From IMG/VR virus record IMGVR_UViG_3300031519_000130, positions 1 to 31,996 of that record: a stretch of DNA of 31,996 bases; one strand, 5' to 3'. Below, in pieces: positions 27,237 to 31,996 of this stretch (positions within the stretch are counted from its first letter, which is position 1; every line of letters begins with the position of its first letter). Under the pieces are notes generated by a model. It made no database searches and was not told where the DNA came from. It was given only the letters and a program-made list of their open reading frames with translations. Both the position numbers and the translations under genes were made by a program. Source of the DNA: a virus (Duplodnaviria > Caudoviricetes).

Positions 27237-27927
27237 GAGTTTTTATTACGGCCAACAGGGTGACTGTTTTCTACAGTTAGAAAAGCATTTCGAGGAAATA
27301 GCACACGAATTCAAATCACAACCTAATAAAGTATTTCTAAATCCGGAGGACTTTTCGAACAGCGTTAGGGGAGACCCAAAAGATTACACAGACAAGGACA
27401 AGTTTTATCCAGGCGATACAGATCGTAAAGGAGATTACGTGCAGGGCGAATGGAAAGCATTGGGTGTAAGTTCAGGGGCATACGAGGGGCAAGAATTTAA
27501 CGACTATCCCATGCTGTACAGCATCCTGAGGAAATTTCCATACAAGACGAACGTAGCTTTTATGACGGTTGGTCCAAGCACAAAAATTGGCAACCACAAG
27601 GACAGTGAAGGCGGCTGGAGATATCAACTTTGCATAGATGATGGTGGCGGGACTGACAGCGGCATGTACTACATGGATCTAATGACCAAGAAAAAAGCAC
27701 AACACACATGGAAATCTGGAGATGCATTCGTCTTTCAACCAGACCTACAACTACACAACGGATATAACAACAATCCAAACGAAAGAACCACATTGTTGAT
27801 TGACTTTTACAAGGAATCACTGTACACTAAAGAGAAGTTTGAAGCTTATTACCAACACTACAACGATGAGTTCGAAGGTTTGGAAAATCTAGCAGATGTG
27901 TATGAATCAAGGAAACAAAAAAAATAA
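27226..27927 (+). CDS. Aspartyl/asparaginyl beta-hydroxylase-family Fe(II)/2OG dioxygenase, 233 aa
   Basis: KIGNHKD (HxD), WRYQLCI, WKSGDAFVF, LHNGYN...ERTTLLIDF (distal His and 2OG-binding Arg): the AspH/LpxO pattern. Confidence 0.8.
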   Translation: MIDKSFYYGQQGDCFLQLEKHFEEIAHEFKSQPNKVFLNPEDFSNSVRGDPKDYTDKDKFYPGDTDRKGDYVQGEWKALGVSSGAYEGQEFNDYPMLYSILRKFPYKTNVAFMTVGPSTKIGNHKDSEGGWRYQLCIDDGGGTDSGMYYMDLMTKKKAQHTWKSGDAFVFQPDLQLHNGYNNNPNERTTLLIDFYKESLYTKEKFEAYYQHYNDEFEGLENLADVYESRKQKK

Positions 27928-28480
27928 GATTGCAATAGTAGGACATACCAGAGGGATAGGTAAGGCCATAGCTGATCTATATCAAAAAAAGAATTACGAA
28001 GTCATTGGATTAAGCAGTAGCAACGGATACGATCTAGAATGTAGCCAGTTAGAGATAATGGAACAGATGGACGACTGTCAGCTGGTTGTACTCAATGCAT
28101 ATGCCGGGAGAGGCCAAATGACCCTGTTGAAAAGAATATACGGCAAATTTGTTTTTGAGAACAAAAAAATTGCAGTGGTCACAAGTACATCAGGTACACC
28201 CATAGGAGAAGACGAAGACTTATTGGATCCCGAGTATGTGGAATACTGCAAAAATAAAAAAAGTTTAATAGAATACATAGAACAATTACAACAAGAACTA
28301 CTAAACAAGCCACTGTCGGTCTATGATATCTGTCCGGATGTGGTGGACACAGACATGACAAAGGGACTGTGGGAAGACCTACCAAAATTAAAAGCAGACG
28401 AGGTTGCTGAAGCAGTGCGTTACTGTTTCGAATCAACGTTCAACGTTAACAAGATAGTGATGCAAAAAAATGTTAGTTAG
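27902..28480 (+). CDS. Short-chain dehydrogenase/reductase (SDR)
   Basis: IAIVGHTRGIGKAI (GxxxGxG), VLNA, TSTSG, YCKNK (YxxxK), ICPDVVDTDM. Start is ATG 27902 or 27896. Confidence 0.88.
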   Translation: MNQGNKKNKIAIVGHTRGIGKAIADLYQKKNYEVIGLSSSNGYDLECSQLEIMEQMDDCQLVVLNAYAGRGQMTLLKRIYGKFVFENKKIAVVTSTSGTPIGEDEDLLDPEYVEYCKNKKSLIEYIEQLQQELLNKPLSVYDICPDVVDTDMTKGLWEDLPKLKADEVAEAVRYCFESTFNVNKIVMQKNVS

Positions 28481-28934
28481 AGCCTGGGACAGAGACAAGG
28501 ATTATGACACACTGGTCAAGTGGTGGAATGACTGGGAGTTTGGTGTTGTGCCGAAAGAGTGCTTGCCACCGGACGGAATAATAGTGGAAGTGGACGGAAA
28601 GCCTGTGTGTGCTGGAGGACTGTACTTAGGTATAGGAACAACGTTCTCCTTCATGGAATGGATAGTCACGGACAAGACAGCAGAACCCCGGAATGTACAT
28701 AAATGTTTGAAATTGTGTATTGACGGCATAATGAAGCTGGCAAAGGACAGGGGAATGAAACTAGTGTACACTGCCACGAAAGAATCAGCACTACACAAAA
28801 GATATGAAAAATACCACGATATGGTTCTTACGGAGAGCAACGTCAAGACCTTCCTGAGAGACCTAGACGGATCGTATTCAGAGGATTTAACCTGGATCTC
28901 AGACGATGAGCAGATTGAAAAGCATAATAAATAA
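28470..28934 (+). CDS. Putative GNAT-fold acyl/acetyltransferase, 154 aa
   Basis: VRAW...DYDTLVKWW; GIIVEVDGKPVCAGGLY; MEWIVTD; LAKDRGMKLVY; LHKRYEK. Order and size of elements are GNAT-like, though the R/QxxGxG motif is degenerate. Confidence 0.65.
   Translation: MLVRAWDRDKDYDTLVKWWNDWEFGVVPKECLPPDGIIVEVDGKPVCAGGLYLGIGTTFSFMEWIVTDKTAEPRNVHKCLKLCIDGIMKLAKDRGMKLVYTATKESALHKRYEKYHDMVLTESNVKTFLRDLDGSYSEDLTWISDDEQIEKHNK
28926..28933 (+). promoter_or_regulatory. T4-late-like promoter box AATAAATA, followed by Shine-Dalgarno AAGGAG
   Basis: Overlaps the end of the GNAT gene, upstream of AAGGAG (28939-28944) and ATG 28953. Confidence 0.55.
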
Positions 28935-28952
28935 GCATAAGGAGACATTTAA

Positions 28953-29129
28953 ATGGCAACAAAAGAAGAAGTAGCAGATTATATCAATAACAATTATGAG
29001 TCGGTTTGGACTGATGCAGAGCAAACATCAATTGATGAAATGCTTACACCAGAACTTGCGACTATATTAATTAAGTTAGTAGGAGATGTTAGTTTCTTGA
29101 CAGAGGTCAGAGACAACGCATCAAACTAG
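28953..29129 (+). CDS. Small acidic helical hypothetical protein, 58 aa (not in the ORF track)
   Basis: MATKEEVADYINNNYESVWTDAEQTSIDEMLTPELATILIKLVGDVSFLTEVRDNASN*. Strong Shine-Dalgarno; fills the gap between the GNAT gene and fibre 3. Confidence 0.8.
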   Translation: MATKEEVADYINNNYESVWTDAEQTSIDEMLTPELATILIKLVGDVSFLTEVRDNASN

Positions 29130-29135
29130 TAAGTT

Positions 29136-30779
29136 ATGGCATACAAGATTAACAACACATTTGGGACCTTATTGGTTACTCTGGCGGACGGAACTATAGA
29201 TGTCGCCACAACTGACCTTACGCTGATAGGAAAAGGTTATGCGGGGTTCGGTGAGAAGTTAAACGAAAACCTTGTCAAGATGTTGGAGAATTTCAACAAC
29301 ACCATAGCACCATCAAACAGAATTCAAGGTCAGCTTTGGTTTGACCAGACTAATAAACAGATTAATGTTTACACAGGAACAAAATTTAAACCAGTAGGAT
29401 CAACAACAAACTCAACAACAGCACCTGCCAATGCGGTACAGGGAGATCTATGGTTTGACACATCTAACACACAGTTGTACGTTTACAATGGCACAGCATG
29501 GACCTTGATAGGACCAACAACAGTTGCTGGATCGGGAGTGACACAGGTTGTTTCAGAAGTAGCACCAGACAATACAGGAGTTAACCAATCGTATTTGAAA
29601 TTAGTAACCAATGATGCAGTTGTAGGTGTGATATCTAACCTAGCATTTACACCAAGTTCGACAGACACAACTTCAAAGGCACTGATCACAGCAGGATTTG
29701 CCTCAGTGGCACAAGGTTTACAATTATCAACTTCGGTAGCAAGTGCGAAATTTAGAGGAACAGCAACTAACTCTGAAAAGTTAGGCGGAATTGCCGCGGC
29801 CAACTATCTAAGATCAGATGCCAACGATTCTACAAACAGTTCATTTAGTATTTTAAATGATACAGGATTAATTTTAGGTGCAGGGTCAGACGTTACATTT
29901 AGTTTATCTAGTGACAACTTGACTATAGCACAGACGACACAGAACAAGGACATAATCTTCACAGTCAACGATGGTGGTACAACAAAAACAATGATGACCA
30001 TGGACGGGTCAACAGGATTACTTGAACTTCCGACAGTGGGTGATCTGAGGGTCAAAGGAAATCTTACAGTTGACGGAACACAAACGACATTCAACACAAC
30101 AACATTGACGGTAGAAGACAACATCATAGAATTAAACAGAAACATATCTAACAATGCTGGAATGCCAAAATTTTCAGGTTTGAAAGTGAACAGAGGTGAA
30201 ACCTCAGATACCGACGAACAGGATTTATTCTGGGTATGGGATGAAACTTTTGCGGATGACGGAACAACAATCCATGGTAACGCGGGTGGTGCCTGGACAG
30301 CATTTAAGTCAGGTGGAGGACAAGAGTTGTCCGCCGCAACACTAGTAGACATCAGGGCAAATGTTGTACATGCAACAGCAACAGCGGCACAGTACGCTGA
30401 CTTGGCAGAACGATATGCCACAGATACTCCGGTAGAAACTGGAGAAGTGGTGAGCCTGGGAGGAAAAGAAGAAATAACGAAATGCATGGATGACAAATCT
30501 GATGCAGTTTTTGGTGTTGTCTCAGATCATCCAGCATATTTGATGAATTCAGAAGCAGGCAACAACGACACACATCCAGCAATAGCACTGAAAGGACGGG
30601 TTCCCGTTAAGGTTACGGGCAAAGGATCAGCAGGTGATCGTATTATATCAGGAAGCTACGGAACGGCACGTGTAGCACAGCCCGGTGAAGCGACCACTTT
30701 CAACACCCTGGGTAGATTGATCAAGGATAAATATAATGAAGAAACAGCACTCACAGAGTGTGTTATAGGAGTTAAATAG
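29136..30779 (+). CDS. Tail fibre protein 3 with C-terminal Peptidase_G2-like intramolecular chaperone, 547 aa
   Basis: Paralogous N-terminus (MAYKIN...DLTLIGKGYAGFGEKLNENL..MLENF). Shaft motif GNLTVDGTQTTFNTTTLTVEDNIIELN. C-terminal ADLAERY...GVVSDHPAYLMN...IALKGRVPVKV. Confidence 0.8.
   Translation: MAYKINNTFGTLLVTLADGTIDVATTDLTLIGKGYAGFGEKLNENLVKMLENFNNTIAPSNRIQGQLWFDQTNKQINVYTGTKFKPVGSTTNSTTAPANAVQGDLWFDTSNTQLYVYNGTAWTLIGPTTVAGSGVTQVVSEVAPDNTGVNQSYLKLVTNDAVVGVISNLAFTPSSTDTTSKALITAGFASVAQGLQLSTSVASAKFRGTATNSEKLGGIAAANYLRSDANDSTNSSFSILNDTGLILGAGSDVTFSLSSDNLTIAQTTQNKDIIFTVNDGGTTKTMMTMDGSTGLLELPTVGDLRVKGNLTVDGTQTTFNTTTLTVEDNIIELNRNISNNAGMPKFSGLKVNRGETSDTDEQDLFWVWDETFADDGTTIHGNAGGAWTAFKSGGGQELSAATLVDIRANVVHATATAAQYADLAERYATDTPVETGEVVSLGGKEEITKCMDDKSDAVFGVVSDHPAYLMNSEAGNNDTHPAIALKGRVPVKVTGKGSAGDRIISGSYGTARVAQPGEATTFNTLGRLIKDKYNEETALTECVIGVK
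30385..30406 (+). repeat. 22-nt exact direct repeat, copy 2
   Basis: Identical to 24008-24029. Confidence 0.85.
30771..30778 (+). promoter_or_regulatory. Late-promoter-like box GTTAAATA
   Basis: TAAATA core overlapping the fibre-3 stop codon, 5 nt before ATG 30784. Confidence 0.4.
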
Positions 30780-30783
30780 ATTT

Positions 30784-31764
30784 ATGGGATATGTAGCTAG
30801 TGAATTAATAAAAGATGATGAGTTTAATGCATTTGTAGGCAATTCAAGTTCACCATTCGGTATCAACCACACCTCGGGAACCGGTGCAACAGTTTACGGA
30901 TTAGGTCAGGCAGAGATACCAACAGTAACAGGAGGCACAACAACAATAACAGCCGCACAATTCAACGCTCTTTTTGCCGCAATAGACAACATAGCGAATC
31001 ATACAAACGATTCAATGACAGCAAGAGGTCAAGTTACATCAGGTGACACGATCTCAATCAAGTCGGCAGTAGCGGCAGACTTGGCAACATTGGCGGCTTC
31101 AGTAGCGGCAGGCTCGGTGAATGCAACGGCAATATCAGTAGGTTCGGAATTACAGAGTTCAAGATCAGCAACGAGATACGTGGGATCACACATAGTGGAA
31201 CATTCGATCACGTTTGCCAACGCCAACAATGCCAGATTCTTCTTCAATGCAGGTGGCAAGATCAGGGTAAACCTTACAAGGGTAGGCGGAGGATCGGCGA
31301 ACGGTTCAACAGCGACGGACAAAGATGATTCAGTTGATGAGATGATCACTGCGATGGGTAACTTCGACATAGCATCAGTGCAATCAACAAGATCAGGTTC
31401 AAGTGAGACACTGACCACAAACGGTTTTGCTGTTGGATTCCAGGACGTGACAACATCATACCAGACAGTGTTCCTACTGACACAGGCCAACGGCACATAC
31501 ACGTCAATGACCCTGAAAGGTGAAATCAAGGCCAACGCCACAGCAGGTTCAACAACAGTAATAACAATCAAGATGAGTTTGACAGATGCGGACAGTGGAG
31601 ACATACTTTACACTGACGGTAACCTAAGCAGTGTTGACGTAAACGAGAACTTCATCGGTACTACAGACTTCGCAACCAAGTTGCTGTTACCAACAACAGC
31701 ACAGGGATTAGACCCGGTGTACACACTTTCAGCTAGTGCTGAGGTGTCCAACACAACAGCATAA
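30784..31764 (+). CDS. Putative virion structural (fibre-associated) protein, 326 aa
   Basis: Thr/Ser/Ala/Gly-rich, with YGLGQ, ITAAQFNAL and ARFFFNAGGKIR motifs. Directly follows the fibre genes. Confidence 0.6.
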   Translation: MGYVASELIKDDEFNAFVGNSSSPFGINHTSGTGATVYGLGQAEIPTVTGGTTTITAAQFNALFAAIDNIANHTNDSMTARGQVTSGDTISIKSAVAADLATLAASVAAGSVNATAISVGSELQSSRSATRYVGSHIVEHSITFANANNARFFFNAGGKIRVNLTRVGGGSANGSTATDKDDSVDEMITAMGNFDIASVQSTRSGSSETLTTNGFAVGFQDVTTSYQTVFLLTQANGTYTSMTLKGEIKANATAGSTTVITIKMSLTDADSGDILYTDGNLSSVDVNENFIGTTDFATKLLLPTTAQGLDPVYTLSASAEVSNTTA

Positions 31765-31789
31765 TAATTTCCACCAGACCTATTGTGCA

Positions 31790-31797
31790 ATTAAATA
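31790..31797 (+). promoter_or_regulatory. Late-promoter-like box ATTAAATA
   Basis: Intergenic TAAATA core, 6 nt before ATG 31804. Confidence 0.45.
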
Positions 31798-31803
31798 TTG
31801 CAT

Positions 31804-31996
31804 ATGCAAGTACACATACATACTAAGACTGACGCACAGATAGAATGTCAAGATCTCGACGGTGAAACCGTAATACGTGGTTTGATATTTGATCTAGCAC
31901 CTGGATGGCACAAAATAACAATACCCCTGTCTAGAAAAGATATCATCAAGATAGAAATAGGTGGTGCTGATCTAAGATATTTCATAAACTCCGGAC
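31804..31996 (+). CDS. Hypothetical protein (3'-truncated by the window edge)
   Basis: Open frame MQVHIHTKTDAQIECQDLDGETVIRGLIFDLAPGWHKITIPLSRKDIIKIEIGGADLRYFINSG... runs to the end of the window. Confidence 0.6.
   Translation, partial: MQVHIHTKTDAQIECQDLDGETVIRGLIFDLAPGWHKITIPLSRKDIIKIEIGGADLRYFINSG

Noticed and set aside
22882-31764. Diversity-generating retroelement or invertase shufflon acting on the fibres
   Set aside because: No reverse transcriptase or recombinase in the window, no approximately 100-nt repeat pair differing only at adenines, and no inverted fibre cassettes seen.
392-31790. Numerous minus-strand and nested ORFs in the track (e.g. 3756-4727, 323 aa; 29804-30496, 230 aa; 24781-25401, 206 aa)
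   Set aside because: They lie antisense to or inside convincing + strand genes. Their Val/Pro/Ser/Leu-rich composition mirrors the ACA/GGA/GAC codon bias, and they show no recognisable motifs.
1-31996. Bacterial eCIS/T6SS/tailocin locus rather than a phage
   Set aside because: T4-style gp53-hub-gp5-gp25-gp6 order, late-promoter boxes, very dense packing and no bacterial housekeeping or secretion genes favour a phage genome. Capsid genes are outside the window, so this is not proven.
1-31996. CRISPR array, tRNA, structured ncRNA or intrinsic terminator
   Set aside because: Intergenic gaps are all under about 45 nt. I saw no regularly spaced repeats, cloverleaf or GC hairpin with a U-tract.
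1-31996. Stop-codon reassignment
   Set aside because: Very long ORFs are intact under the standard code, and TAG ends genes at sensible boundaries (28480, 29129, 30779).

Overview
All credible genes lie on the + strand and form a tail/baseplate morphogenesis module of a large myovirus-type (contractile-tail, T4-like baseplate) dsDNA phage. In order: gp53-like wedge (partial), hub, gp5-like spike, gp25, gp6, a 4347-aa wedge/appendage protein, a 241-aa baseplate protein, three paralogous fibre proteins, a Gly-rich protein and a 326-aa structural protein. Several genes are preceded by T4-late-promoter-like (N)(A/T)TAAATA boxes. The most unusual part is 25788-29129: a Gly-rich fibre-associated protein carrying a Hedgehog-type Hint autoprocessing domain, followed by overlapping genes for an Asp/Asn beta-hydroxylase-like enzyme, an SDR and a GNAT, then an unannotated 58-aa ORF, all sitting between fibre genes. 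The module appears to use three unrelated self-cleaving C-terminal domains (Peptidase_S74 on the spike, Peptidase_G2 on two fibres, Hint). The giant protein has an apparently intact cupredoxin-type His/Cys/His/Met site and many D-G-S-[S/T] motifs. All family calls come from motif recognition by eye; no searches were run.
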